Below are positions 38,729 through 52,224 of a stretch of 64,000 nt of DNA, piece by piece. The notes beneath the pieces are model-generated. The model was given only the letters and a program-made list of their open reading frames with translations. It ran no database searches and had not been told where the DNA came from. Position 1 is the first letter of the stretch. Each line of letters opens with the position of its first letter. Location of the stretch: assembly GCF_020745735.1 (NCBI RefSeq), contig NC_083437.1, positions 9,734,001-9,798,000 on the forward strand. Reading direction: 5' to 3'. Source of the DNA: Hemiscyllium ocellatum. Its lineage: Eukaryota. The translations under genes were made by a program, and so were the position numbers.

Positions 38729-40247
38729 TGTGCGGTGTTGGAACTGGTCCTCCTGGGAGCAGATGCGGCGGAGACGAAGGAATTGGGAATATGGGATGGA
38801 GTTTTTACAGGGGGCAGGGTGGGAGGAGGTGTAGTCCAGGTAGCTGTGGGAGTCAGTCAGTTTATAGTAGATGTCTGTGTTGAGTCGGTCACCTGAGATA
38901 GAAATGGAAAGGTCTAGGAAGGGGAGGGAGGAGTCTGAGACAGTCCAGGTGAATTTGAGGTCGGGATGGAAGGTGTTAGTAAAGTTGATGAACTGTTCAA
39001 CCTCCTCGTGGGAGCACGAGGCAGCGCCGATACAGTCATCGATGTAGCGGAGGAAAAGGTGGGGGGTGGTGCCAATGTAGTTGCGGAAGATGGACTGTTC
39101 CACATATCCTACGAAGAGACAGGCATAGCTGGGGCCCATGCGGGTGCCAACACTGCACAGCCCAGATGGCCTCCTTCTTCAAGGACCGCAGATTCCCCCC
39201 AAACGTGGTCGACGATGCCCTCCACAGCATCTCCTCCACTTCCCGCTCCTCCGCCCTTGAGCCCCGCCCCTCCAACCGCCACCAAGACAGAACCCCACTG
39301 GTTCTCACCTACCACCCCACCAACCTCCGTATACAGCGTATCATCCGCCGTCATTTCCGCCACCTCCAAACAGACCCCACCACCAGGGATATATTTCCCT
39401 CCCCTCCCCTATCAGCGTTCGCAAAGACCACTCCCTTCGTGACTCCCTCGTCAGGTCCACACCCCCCACCAACCCAACCTCCACTCCCGGCACCTTCCCC
39501 TGCAACCGCAGGAAATGTAAAACTTGCGCCCACACCTCCTCCCTCACATCCCTCCAAGGCCCCAAGGGATCCTTCCATATCCGCCACAAGTTCACCTGTA
39601 CCTCCACACACATCATCTATTGCATCCGCTGCACCCGATGTGGCCTCCTCTACATTGGGGAGACGGGCCGCTTACTTGCGGAACCCTTCAGAAAACACCT
39701 CAGGGACGCCCGGACCAACCAACCCAACCACCCCGTGGCTCAACACTTTAACTCTCCCTCCCACTCCACCGAGGACATGCAGGTCCTTGGACTCCTCCAC
39801 CGGCAAAACATAACAACACGACGGTTGGAGGAAGAACGCCTCATCTTCCGCCTGGGAACCCTCCAACCAAAAGGGATGAACTCGGATTTCTCCAGTTTCC
39901 TCATTTCCCCTCCCCCCACCTTGTCTCAGTCGGTTCCCTCAACTCAGCACTGCCCTCCTAACCTGCAATCTTCTTCCTAACCTCTCCGGCCCCACCCCAC
40001 TCCGGCCTATCACCCTCACCTTGACCTCCTTCCACCTATCACATCTCCATCGCCCCTCCCCCAAGTCCCTCCTCCCTACCTTTTATCTTAACCTGCCTGC
40101 CACCCTCTCCTCATTCCTGATGAAGGGTTTATGCCCGAAACGTCGAATTTCCTGTTCCTTGGATGCTGCCTGACCTGCTGTGCTTTAACCAGCAACGCAT
40201 TTTCAACTGTGATCTCCAGCATCTGCAGACCTCATTTTTTACCCGAA
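38729..40247 (+). mobile_element. Penelope-like retroelement, 5'-truncated with an inverted 5' segment (RT on minus 38729-39148; thumb, GIY-YIG and pLTR on plus 39147-40247)
   Basis: GTRMGPSYACLF..FLRYIDD..LPFLD..DSHSYLDYTSSHP on minus. CNRRKCKTC..IIYCIRCTRCGLLYIGETGR on plus. 15-bp TSD CATTTTGAGCATCAA at 38714-38728 and 40248-40262. Confidence 0.95.
40113..40148 (+). ncRNA. Minimal type I hammerhead ribozyme motif (intact)
   Basis: AUUC-CUGAUGA-A-GGGU-UUAU-GCCC-GAAA-CG-UC-GAAU. Perfect stem I AUUC/GAAU, stem II GGGU/GCCC, GUC triplet. Confidence 0.85.
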
Positions 40248-40694
40248 CATTTTGAGCATCAAGCCTGTCCACAATAATTCAATGTATGTGACACACTTTG
40301 GGATGTTCTGAAGGTGAAGCAGTATTTAACATTAAAACAATTGTTTCTTTCTGGTTCTTGAGAAACTGGCATATTTTAAGTCCCTGAGAGATTTTGCACA
40401 ATATTATACATACTGGAAAAAATAATGTGCCATTTTGTGGGATTCTGCCAAGCCACCTGACCAAGCAAAAAGGACTGGCGCTTCTCAATACATGGATTAG
40501 CAAGAACCCTCTGCTACAGAGCAGCAATAACTTATTGATTGTGCTGTTGACCTTTATCTGAGTTTTGGATTACAAATCATCTTAAATGCTCAGACTTTTA
40601 CTGAAACGATATGACATAGTCATTGACAACCTGTGAACTGGAATGTGGCATAAGTTCCTCAAGTGTTTCATTTATCAGTGGCAGGAAAATAATT

Positions 40695-41057
40695 CATAGA
40701 ATCATAGAATCTCTCCACTGTGGGAGCAGGCCTTTGGGCCTATCAAGTCCACACTGACCTTCAGAAGAACATCCCAAACAGACCCACCCCGCTACCCTAT
40801 CCCTGTTACACTGCATTTCCCATGGCTAACTCACCCAGCCTGCACGTCCCTGGACACTAGCACAATTTAGCATAACCAATCTGCCTAACCTGCATGTCTT
40901 TGGACTGTGGGAGGGAACTGGAGCATCTAGAGGAAACGCACACATACACACAGGGGAATGTGCAAACTCCACATAGACAATCACCTGAGGTGGAATTGAA
41001 CCCAGGACTCTTGCACTGTGAGGCAGTAGTGCTAACCACTGAGCCACTGTGCTGTCC
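40695..41057 (-). mobile_element. HE1-type V-SINE (older subfamily, catagaat-type tail)
   Basis: Reverse complement of the tRNA head and V-domain. Confidence 0.88.
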
Positions 41058-42359
41058 AAGGGGGCGTGGGGGATGATCACAGGCATTGTCAATGACACAG
41101 ATTTTAAGGAAGCTTTTGGAAGCAGGAAAGAGACATGATGGACTATCCATTCCCACGCCTTGTACAATGTGAGTTTGAGGGCCTTTTGTACCTTGTGGAT
41201 AGAGACCCAATTTCTTCCCGTTCCTTTGGAGAACCTTGGAAATCTCTGTAATATTGAACCATTGTTTTGAGTTCATATTCAAACAGTATTCCCCAGTGCA
41301 TTCCAGTCCTTGCTGCGGCAAGAATGCATCTAAACTTTAATAGGTTTAGGCTAGCTTCAGGTTATGCAGGCTCCCTTTGAGCGCTGCATGCCTTGAGTAT
41401 ACTTTCTTTCACTCACCTCCCCATCCCAACCATTTAACTGTCCCCTTTGAGCTGGCCTGCATCGTGCTATCACTCCATTTAGCAGCCGGCATGAGATTTG
41501 TGGGCTGCCTTTGTCAAAAGAAGATGGTACAACTTGATTGCTACTTGTGTTCCCTGCTTCTTATCCAACTGTTTTCCCCTAAGTCTATGATACAGAGCCC
41601 AAAATGCTTTGATATGGGAGTGTGGAATGCACCATCCGAGTTTGTGATTGAAGCAAAGCATTTTGTTTTATTATCACCATTTAAGAATCCATTGTATAAT
41701 GTGATTTGAACAAATGGAAGACCCACTGGCATCAAGTCATTGCAAAGAGGGAGAGACATAAGGATGAAGAGGAGTTATTGGCAGTATGTATGTGGAACGA
41801 GGCCTGCAGGTGACATTGCATTGAGGAATTCTTCTGTCTATCTGCTTTTCCTTCCCATCATTGCACCTTCTAGCAAGAGAATGTTCAATTACTGGTAGAG
41901 GTCCCAGTGAACTGCTTAGCTCCCTTACTTAGGGCCTTCCATCAAGGTCTCTATTGTTGCTGGAGGTCCCAGCAGCAGGATGGAAGGAACAGCTGATAAA
42001 TGGGTATGGGGACAACTGAGTTACTGCTCCTCTCCTTGGGGAGAATAAGCACCATTTCAGACTGGTTGAGTCAAGGGGGCGTGTTTATGCATTGTCATTT
42101 CTGTGTAATTCTATATAATTCCAAGAAAATTGGATAAAGTAGGAAAGTAGCAATTTAATTTTTCTTATACAGTCAACAGCTGAAAATTAGGGTACATTTT
42201 GAGCTGATGCTTTGGTCATCTGTCCATAAGATCAAAAAATGATGTACTTTGAGGAATTTGAATTGTTGACTATCTTGAGAGATCATCTTCAAATATGATC
42301 CTTCCTGGAATCCTCATGAATCCTCACCCAATGAAACAAATGGGTATGGTGCTGGTTAA

Positions 42360-42980
42360 TATCTTTTAAGAGTTCCCTATAAACAAGCGTGAATGTTAAT
42401 CAGACATTCTAAAAAGGAATTGTAAATGAACTGCAGAGATTAGTTAGCCACGCACTGACAGTGATTAAAGGTCATTTCACTTGGTTATTGCAACCTTTAT
42501 TTCGAGAGTGATGAGATCACGAAGAAGAAGAAGCTCTGATTTAAATGTAATGGATCACTTCTCTTGACAATTTTATGGGAACAGCAACTGAACTTGTGTG
42601 AATGGATTAGCTGGTGCATTAAATTTGTTTTGGGAAAGTATTTAATGAAAGCATTTTCAAAAATATTAAGGCTCAGGAAGTGCATGGTGAATTAGTTTAT
42701 TGGATTGAGAAGTATCTGGAGAAGGCAGAAAATGATAAATGGAAGAAATTTTGTTGTGGCTTGACATGAATTAGTGGAGTACCCTCGAGGTCTTTTCTGA
42801 ATCCCCTGCTGTTTGTGATATTTACGAATTTTCGGTAGTATTGACTGCTGGGCTAAGTTTATGAATGATTACCAAAGTGTTCTCAATTAATCACGTGGCT
42901 GGGTTAATTAATGGCAGATCAATTTTAATGTGAATAATTGAAATTGGACTAGAACAAGAAGCGTGAAATGTATGCATTAA
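42360..42980 (+). mobile_element. Very old CR1 RT fragment
   Basis: Patchy remnants of SGVPxG..LxPLLFVI and WQINFNV coding sequence. Confidence 0.45.
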
Positions 42981-43524
42981 GTGTCCTGTACAAAATGGTT
43001 TGATTGTGAGAATGTGAAGTCAAGGAAATTCCAGTGATTCATACATGGAATGCTGAGGATAGTTTCTGAGAATAATTTCTGGGATGGATTGCTACCTAAA
43101 TACAGGTCTTTATAATGCATTTGCTCCAAATATCTAACCAGAAAGAAAGTACTTGCAAGACTAATCAATGTACCTACATATATTTCAAAGGTATTTAATG
43201 AATTAAATGGACCTTGTCACCTTGTATCAAGCATTTGTGAGGCAAGACCACATTAGCTATTTCTATCGGTTGTCTGTCAGCTCGCTATTCAGGGAAGAGA
43301 TCCTTGGATGAAAAATAGACAGTAACTCTGTTGACCACAGATACACCACTGACCATTGAATCTTGACGCCATGGTCAATTACATATTGGTATTCATGTCC
43401 ATGGTACTTCAGGTGGGCAAGAGACGTTGTCTGGCTGTACTGTTAGTGTTGGAGAACTAGATGGAGATTCTTTTAAAAAACCTATAATACACACATTCAT
43501 TTCTAATTAGCCTCCTGTTGTCAA

Positions 43525-43724
43525 AATGTGGAGTTGGAAAACGCACAGCAGGTCGAGCAGCATCGCAGGAGCAGGAGAATCAACGTTTCACCAGTCCTGA
43601 TGTAGGGTCCTGCCTGTAATGTCAGCCCTCCTGCTCCTCTGATGCTGCTTGATCTGCTGTGCTTTTTCCAGCTCCACATTTTACTGACACTGACTTTCCA
43701 GCATCTGCAGTCCTCTCCACCTCC
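43525..43724. mobile_element. Fold-back PLE mini-element (200 bp), hammerhead decayed
   Basis: Inverted arms aaaatgtggagttggaaa..gcagcatc. 16-bp TSD AGCCTCCTGTTGTCAA at 43509-43524 and 43725-43740. Confidence 0.85.
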
Positions 43725-44814
43725 AGCCTCCTGTTGTCAACCACTCTGGGAATAATTCCAACAGAGAAGACCCAGCTGTATAAATTTTCAATCCTCTGTT
43801 TCCTTAACAGTATACAGATATCCTTAAATGATACACAGATATCCCTTGTGTCCAAGCACACTTCAGGACAGATATTGGCAATTTTCTTTAATTACCCCAT
43901 ACATGCATCTATACAGCAGTATAACATTCTCTGCATATTAGGGACTCCCCGTATCACTGAAACATTTTGGCATGCAGAAAAGTGGACTGGGGAACAATTC
44001 TATCTTGATTTCTGATGTCCCCCCACAAGTTCTAATTCTTGTGTTCATGAGAAATCCCTTTCTCAAAAGGGACTGTAATGGTTTTCTACAGAATTAGAGA
44101 AGAATGGTAAACTACTGGCAGTATTTTAATTTCAACTTCATGAGGCTACAGCTCAAGCTCCTGTCTATTGGCTGCAACCCCCCTGACAGAGGAAGGAGGA
44201 AGAAGGCTTGGAAAGTGAGGTGCGTTGTCACTGCCATCGATATCCAATGCAATTCTGCTGTCACTTAAGACCCTTGAGAGGGTGATTAACAACAGCTTCA
44301 GGATCTATTTCCTCCTGCAGACACCAGGTTGTCTATCCATCAGGTAAGTATGTGCAAGCTGCATGTCAATTGGAGACTGGGAGTTGCCTCAGTCTGCAAT
44401 CATGTTTGCACGATTAATTGATTGGACATGGGTTGGGGAGTGTCTGCTGACACCCAACACACTGCTCTTGCTCCTGATCCCATCGTCCTCCTCTCCCCAA
44501 AACCCTTACCTTGCAAGAAATCCATCCTTCTCCAACATCACCTACATTTGTTGCTGTGTTGCTTCCATACTCTGGGAGTCAAGGTAGTGTTGTTCCGACA
44601 GGAGACATAGCCACCTCCATACACTGCAGCTATTGACTGGCAGAGCATCAAATTCTGGATTCCTCCTTTAGGAGGAGCGCCCAATGGTGTCTATCTCAAT
44701 GGGCTGAGGATCTGGCTGGTTTCCCTTCTGAGAGTGAGTATGATAGCTCAGTGCTTTTGCCAGCTTCACCTCAGACACTAAGCTCAAGGAATCTACTTAT
44801 AGGTTCTGGTAAAC

Positions 44815-45240
44815 GTAGGAACAAGAATAGTCCTGTTCAAACCTGTTCCATCATTCAATTAGATCATTAATGATCTCTATCTTAATTTAATCTATTCTCT
44901 TCTGTTTTACAACTCTTAATAACCCTGCCCAACAAAAATCTACCAATTTTGACATTTTCAAATGAATCCCAGCCTTAAAAGCTTCTTGGAGGAGAATGTT
45001 CTGAGTTTCCACTCTCCCTTACAAGGAGAAGTGATTCCTGACATCAGCCTTCAAATAGTCTATCTCTACTTGAAAGTTTATTGCTCCATATTCTGGACAT
45101 CCTCACCAAAAGGTAACAGCTTCTGCCTATCTACCCAATGAACCCTTTTAATCACCTTAAGTATGCAAGGAAATGATTCTTCCCTAATCTTCCCATGTTA
45201 AGGATTTAGCAACATTAGTGGGAGCAATCAACTCTCCCTC
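44815..45240 (-). mobile_element. Old CR1 3' end
   Basis: Similar to the CR1 3' ends at 27865 and 34060. Confidence 0.6.
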
Positions 45241-45602
45241 AATACAATCATAGAAAGTAGCTAAAGGAAGAGTGCACCAACTTGAAAGATTGATCAGGGT
45301 CATGACTCAAGTTGTTTTAAGGCCCCTGAGAGACATTAATAATGTATATGTGTTATTGGTTATACAAATTGACCGAGCAGTAAGAATTAGAAAAAGTGAT
45401 TTTCTGATGTAGTATTAGATATGTTTAGCATACTTCATCAACTGCAATGAATGTAGTACTGATTAACTTCTTAAACATGAGGTGAGTATATATCAAGCTG
45501 GAGAGGGATTAAATGTTTTAAATTGAGATGGGGGTGAGTTACTGTGCTATGGAATATAATGGAACCTGACCTGCAAGGACCGTCAGACTATTACCCTTGG
45601 AA

Positions 45603-46568
45603 GGTCAGGCAGCATCCAAGGAGCAGGAGAATCGACGTTTTGGGCATAAGCCCTTCTTCAGGAATGAGGAGGGTGTGCCAAGCAGGCTAAGATAAAAGGA
45701 CCCCACCACCAAGGATATATTTCCCTTCCCTCCCCTATCAGCGTTCCGGAAAGACCACTCCTTCCACGACTCCCTCGTCAGGTCCACACCCCCCACCAAC
45801 CCAACCTCCACTCCCGGCACCTTCCCCTGCAACCGCAAGAAATGCAAAACTTGCGCCCACACCTCCCCCCTCACTTCCCTCCAAGGCCCCAAGGGATCCT
45901 TCCATATCCATCACACATTCACCTGCACCTCCACACACATCATTTACTGCATCCGCTGCACCCGATGTGGCCTTGTCTACATTGGGGAGACAGGCCGCCT
46001 ACTTGCGGAACGTTTCAGAGAACGCCTCTGGGATACCTGCACCAACCAACCAAACCGCCCCGTGGCTGAACACTAACTCCCCCTCCCACTCCGCCAAGGA
46101 CATGCAGGTCCTTGGCCTCCTCCATCGCCAGACCATGGCAACACGACGTCTGGAGGAAGAGAGCCTCACCTTCTGCCTAGGAACCCTCCAACCACAAGGG
46201 ATGAATGCAGATTTCTCCAGCTTCCTCATTTCCCCTTCCCCCACCTTATCTCAGTCCCAACCCTCGGACTCAGCACCGCCTTCTTCACCTGCAATCTTCT
46301 TCCCGACCTCTCCGCCCCCACCCCCTCTCCGGTCTATCACCTTCACCTTAACCTCCTTCCACCTATTGCATTCCCAACGCCCCTCCCCCAAGTCCCTCCT
46401 CCCTGCCTTTTATCTTAGCCTGCTTGGCACACCCTCCTCATTCCTGAATAAAGGCTTATGCCTGAAATGTCGATTCTCCTGCTCCTTGGATGCTGCCTGA
46501 CCTGCTGCACTTTTCCAGCAACACATTTTTCAGCTCGATCTCCAGCATCTGCAGTCCTCACTTTCTCT
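45603..46568 (+). mobile_element. Penelope-like element: inverted partial pLTR (45603-45698), GIY-YIG region and 3' pLTR
   Basis: CNRKKCKTC..IIYCIRCTRCGLVYIGETGR. 14-bp TSD TATTACCCTTGGAA at 45589-45602 and 46569-46582. Both hammerhead cores are mutated. Confidence 0.93.
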
Positions 46569-48042
46569 TATTACCCTTGGAAAACCACTTTGACGTAACT
46601 AGATAATACAGTATCTACCTGTCTTTTGTAACTATGAAAATTCACATTTTTGGAATGTTGAGGGTCTCATTGAATGGATTAAAGGGAAATTGTATCTTCC
46701 AATGAACTAGAAAGAATATTCATTGTCCTGAAATTAAAGATTGCTAATGAACCTTATCAGAGTGACACCTGGGAACATTCATGGTCTGAAAATGTGATTT
46801 ATTTTTGGCTGACAAATAATTTTGCTGAGAAAGGAGTATTTTTCTATTTGGCTTCATGGGCTGAATGGCTTCTTTTTGTGCTTCTGTACGTTGAAAGCTG
46901 TGAATTTACAAGTTGTGCATTGAGGAGCTAGCCCAATTTCCTCATGACCCTTAACGTATGACCATACGAGAATAGGATTGTAAACAGTAGCATTTCTGAT
47001 TGGTACATTCACCAAGCCAGAGCTCGGCCTCAAACCCTTGCCTTCTCTAATTTTTTCACCATCTTTCCTCATATACCATTAGAGGCCTTTTAAACTGGAG
47101 AGGGAGGAATGTGTCCAGGAGAGAGACAACCTTGAAGAGAAGGGAGTGATGAAGAGGAACCAGTAACCAAGAAGAGGAGTGGGAGGTGGGTGGTGCAGGG
47201 ATCAGGGAAGCGTAACTTGGAGAGGTGGGAGACAATCAGGAGGAGTGCAGGCAGTGTTCAGCATCAGTCTGTGCAATTTTAATGTGGAGTCGAGGTGGAA
47301 ACCCACTATATCTTCTGCTCCATATTCACCTCAGAAATCTTTTTTAAACTTGCCCCCATCGTTGGTCCTCTGCAGATGAGGGAAAGGAACCACATTTACT
47401 TGAATACAGTTCTCTTAAAACTAGCTGTTTCCAGCATAGTGCATTTTTACAAGCACGTTGACTATTTGTATGTCCAAACTGACCAGCAACTGTTTTAGAT
47501 CAAGGTGCTATCTACCACTTGCCTTTACCAATAAGGCTGACAGAATATTTTATGGGCACAATGACTGTGCTCTTGTTACCTGCCATATTGAATGTTTAGG
47601 TCCCATTTGTGCCTGAAAGTAAGGTCTATATATTTCTATTTTCACATATTTATTGACATTGCAATTAAATAGCTAGCAAAAAAAATTCTGTTTCAATCCA
47701 TAATGTTTTAACTTAAGACTTAGGTTTCTATAGTGTTAACAAATAATAGATTTCTCAGTTTTCTCTTGACTATGAATACTAAATCGTGTTTTTTATAGGT
47801 AATCAATGGTAAACACTTCAAAGCGATACATAAAATTTCTCATTTCCTCATAAATTATTTCTTTGAAAGCACAGTAATGGACAAGTAATGATTGCTGTTG
47901 TACTAAACGCACGATTTGAGTCCCGGTGATGTGTGCAGCTGCAGTTTCAGAGAGATTTAGTTCACCCAGAGTTCAGGGCCCAAAAACATCTCCAATTTGT
48001 TGAGATCTGTGGGGGTGAGATTTTAATTTATAAACAATTTAT

Positions 48043-48882
48043 TTTTTCTATTCGCTCATGAGGTATTGGCGTTGATAGCTAGGCCAGCACTTATTGCACA
48101 TCCCACCTTACCCTTCAGAAGGTGGTGGTGAGCTGCCTTTTTGACCTGCCGCAGTCCACGTGCTGTAGGTCAACCCACATTGCCACGAGGGAGGGAATTC
48201 CAGGATTTTGACTCAGTGACAGGGAAATAATAGCAATATATTTGCAAGTTAGGTTGGTGAGTGGCTTGGAGGGGACTTACAGGTGGTGGTGTTCCCATGT
48301 ATCTGCTGCCCTTTTCCTTCTAGATCAAAGTCATCGTGGGTTTGGAATGTTTGGCAAATACCGTCAAGGCATCTTTCAGATGGTACACACTGCTGCTACT
48401 GAGCGTCAGTGGTGGAGGCAGTGAATACTTATGGATGTGGTGCTAATCAAGCAGGCTGCTTTGTCAAGTGTTGTTGGAGCTGTACCCATCCAGGCAAATG
48501 GGGGGTGTTTCATTACATTCCTGACTTGTGTCCTTGTAGATGATGAACAGGCTTTGGAGAAGTGCATTACCCACCATAGTAACATCTAACCTGCTGTTGT
48601 AGCCACTGTGTTTATATGGTGAGTCCAGTTAAGTTTCTGGTTAATGGTAACCCCAAGGATGTTGCTAATGGGGGGTGGTGGGAGGGGGTGGGCAGGGTGG
48701 GTCAGTGATGATAACACCATATAATGTCAAGGGGCAGTGATTAGATTGTCTCTTATTGGAGATGATCATTACCTGGTATTTGTGTGGCACAAATGTTACT
48801 TGCCATTTGTCAGCCCAAGCCTGGATATTGTCCAGATCTTGCTGCAATTGGTTATGGACTGCTTCAGTATCTGAGGAGTCAT
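48043..48882 (-). mobile_element. CR1/L2-group LINE 3' portion; its tail is shared with the SINE at 62761
   Basis: Minus ORF LQQDLDNIQAWADKWQVTFVPHK. The 3' end matches the SINE tail. Confidence 0.8.
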
Positions 48883-50033
48883 GGCTGCTTATGGCATGGA
48901 GGTAGGCCATTCAGCCCCCATTGTTTGTGTTCTGGAAAGGAAAAGGAGAACTTTTGGAAGAAGCCAAATGAATCCAATTTCACATACATTTGTGCAGGAG
49001 AATTGTTTTCTCCCCAGCCCCCATTTCCCTACTATAATCACTATCATATGATCAAATTCTGAAATCTTAAGTCAAGTAAATATTAAGATTTGAAGGCAGC
49101 ATGGCATTTTAAAGAATATGGTATGGACCTTGTTATACTGATTTTAACTAATTTTTAAACTTGAAGACTGCAAATCAATTCCAATCAACAAAAATAAAGG
49201 TGCCATCAGTTTTGAATTATAGCATTGCATTGTGTTAACATGAGGATTGCATCGAAGTGAACTCAAGGTGTCTTTACTCAGTAGGCGTGATTTCACTTTT
49301 CTTCAACTTCGTCCACCCCAGCACCTCCACATCACGGGTTATAAATCAGTACCATCTCTGAGCTGCAACTCACTGTTTTGTTATAGATCCTGTGTGTAAT
49401 CTCACTTGTTGCTATATTGTTTTGGTAGGCTTCAAGGTTTTGTCAAGACCTCTTTGTGGTTTTATGTTTACTTAGTACCAACATTGCTGAATTATAATGG
49501 ATTTTCTGTTTATTTTTCTCTCGTGATGACTGAGCTTATGATTCTTTCAGATAATCTCAAATATTTAGAACATGTACTTGATACAGCAGTTGTCCTGAGA
49601 GAACCCTTCCTTGCTACTGTCTTCTAAACTGCAGTTACAAACTTACACTGTATCAGTATGACATTGGTTTTTGGAAGGCTTTTGAGCAGGTTCTAATGTT
49701 CATGCTAGTTAAGCTGCTGAAGTCCAATTCTGTTTTATATAATTAGTTCCTTCTGGAGCCAACTTCACTAAGGAGGATGAGGAAAAGGAGAATTTAGCCT
49801 CCCTTGCTGAAATAGATTTAACCTAAATGCTACCAGGGAAAGATTGTTCCTCCGCATGAAAACAAAATGCTGCGGTTGCTGGAAACCTGCAGTAATCTGA
49901 AATCTTAACGTGTGAACTCTGTTTCTCTCTCCACAGGTGCTGCCAGACCTCCTGTTTTTATTAAGTATTCCTCCCAGCATGGCCTGAATTTGAGTTATCT
50001 TGGTATGTAACGATTGTTGTGTTTGATTCCTAG

Positions 50034-50225
50034 AGCTACCACTGTGACTTCAAGAGCAGCTTTAGCGCAGTTGCATGCTGTTGGCTTCCCTGAGATCCTA
50101 GATGATAACAATGAGCTGGCAACAGTGATTGACCCTGATGAACTTTCAAACTTTAATCTGCAGAAGGAAAAAGCAGACCATCTTCAGAGCAATGAGATAA
50201 TTCTTCAATTTCTAGCTTTCAGCAG
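50034..50225 (+). CDS. NPHP4: NPHP4 exon (192 nt, phase 2->2): ATTVTSRAALAQLHAVGFPEILDDNNELATVIDPDELSNFNLQKEKADHLQSNEIILQFLAFS(R)
   Basis: Acceptor gtttgattcctag| and donor |gtaaca. Contains the NPHP4 motifs GFPEILD and LQSNE..LQFLAFSR. Confidence 0.97.
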
Positions 50226-50637
50226 GTAACACAAGGAGCAGTGTAAAGTCTCGACTCTTCAGTAACTGTTATCTTAAATAGCTGATGTGTGTTGACTTAT
50301 TAAAATCTTACAGATGTCAGGCATGAGGTCAGGCACATTGTTCACAATTTCTGCAAAACCTTTAGGGGCAAGCGTTACTTCACGAGGTCAAAGGGAAACT
50401 TTGAGAGTGACGGGAAGACAGTGCGTCTTTCTTTCCTAATATATCCTTCAGGTTTGATACAAATTATGAGTAACAAATGCGAAATCTAATTCATACAGGC
50501 CACTGTTAGATAGAATTACATAGGATGTATGACAGAGAAACTGATCATTTGGCCTGACTGTCTGTTTGCTGCTCATTATCTTTCTTTTGATCGAACCCAA
50601 TCACACAATGTTTTATTCCTTTCTCCTTGTCCTTTTG

Positions 50638-50762
50638 ACATGGTAGCACAGTGGTTAGCATTGCTGCCTCACAGCGCCAGGGACCCAGGTTTGATTCTAC
50701 CCTTGGTGACTGTCTGTGTGAGGTTTGCACATTTTTCCTGTGTCTGCGTGGGTTTCCTCCGG
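50638..50762 (+). mobile_element. HE1-type V-SINE, 5' part only
   Basis: tRNA head plus the start of the V-domain. Confidence 0.85.
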
Positions 50763-51059
50763 AAGTAGGATTAGAGCTGATAAATTTTAAGAGTTCACAA
50801 GATTAATCCGATATACAACAGGCAGTGAAGTATGAATCAACCTTTTGAAGCCTCTAAAATGGGGTTGACTGAATGGGCAAGTTACACATGCGAATTCTGT
50901 TATTAAGCATTTCCATTAATGTTCTTTTGACACTGTTGTTGATATCTGGTACTTGGAGCATTTTTTGAAATTTATTTACTGTGACTTGCACTGATTGTGT
51001 TGCATTGGCTGACCAACACGGAGCGCTGCATTTTTGGATGGCTAACTTTAAATCAACAC

Positions 51060-51330
51060 CTTGTGTCCCCCTCTCAGATGGATGTAAAAGATATTGCAGC
51101 ATTATTTGAAGAAGTGTAGTGCAACCTTCCAGGGTTATGGACAGATTTTATCCCTCTATCAGCACCTGAAGTATTGATTACTGATTGCTCGATTATTTGT
51201 GAGAGCTTGCTGTGCACAAATTGGTTGCTGTGTGTCCCGGAATATGTCAGTGTTTACATTTCAAAACTAATTAGTTGGATGTAGAATGCTTTGGGATGTC
51301 TTGGAGCTGTTATTTTTGTTATATAAACCT
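51060..51330 (+). mobile_element. Ancient Deu-domain SINE relic (SacSINE1/AmnSINE1-like)
   Basis: ctctcagatggatgtaaaagat..cttgctgtgcacaaattggttgctg..gctttgggatgtc resembles the recalled Deu domain and tail. Confidence 0.6.
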
Positions 51331-51923
51331 GAAAAGCCTTTTGGTTTCTGAATTTCCAATTCTCTCTCTAATTTCCATCAAAGTACTTGTGTGTTTCAGA
51401 AGCACAAAGGCTATCGATGCGTCTGCATGCTGTCTACAGGTTTTACAGGATGTGGTGCTTCACTTGCCCGTATATTGAATTATAGGGCTGTCGTTGCAAG
51501 TCAGGTGGAGCATACGGTATATGTCAGATTATTCTCAAGAGGTAGATGAGCCATTTTTTGTTTGATTTGCAGCTGCTCACTAACAGTATCCCATGCTGCT
51601 CACTAATGATAAGAGTTTCAAGTGGCCGAACATTTTACTAGCAGCTGAACACTGCACGATAACCCTTCGCAACGTTTTGAGGAAGACATGAGGAGCTGCT
51701 GAATGTTTCATGGTTAAGTTGACTTTTTTAAGACCTCACCAAAAATCCTCTACAAGTGGCGCTCCTTTTTTGTTGAAATGAAGCATGTTATTTTGTAGTG
51801 ATTTAGAATTACGGTTTGAAATTCAGTATATCGGCAAGTGCATTTTAATAACTTGCAGCAAAGCCAGAAATGTTGCCATTTGGACTTAGTAAAATATTTC
51901 ATGCCTGAGAAAATATTAAATGG

Positions 51924-52224
51924 ATGACATGGTGGCTCAGTGGTTAGCACTGCTACCTCACAGCACCAGGGTTCCAGGTTCAATTCCAGCCTCTGGCGAA
52001 TGTCTGTGTGGAGTTTGCATGTTCTACCCATATCTGCGTGGATTTCCTGTGGGTGCTCCGGTTTCCTCCCACAGTCACAATGATGTGCAGGTCAGGTGAA
52101 TTGGCCGTGCTATATGTTAGGTGCATTAGTCAGAGGGAAATGGGTCTGGGTGGGTTACTCTTTAGAGGGTCAGTATGGACTGGTTGGGCCGAAGGGCCTG
52201 TTTCCACATAGGGTATCTATCTAA
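51924..52224 (+). mobile_element. HE1-type V-SINE
   Basis: tRNA head, V-domain and gggccgaagggcctgtttccac tail. Confidence 0.9.
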
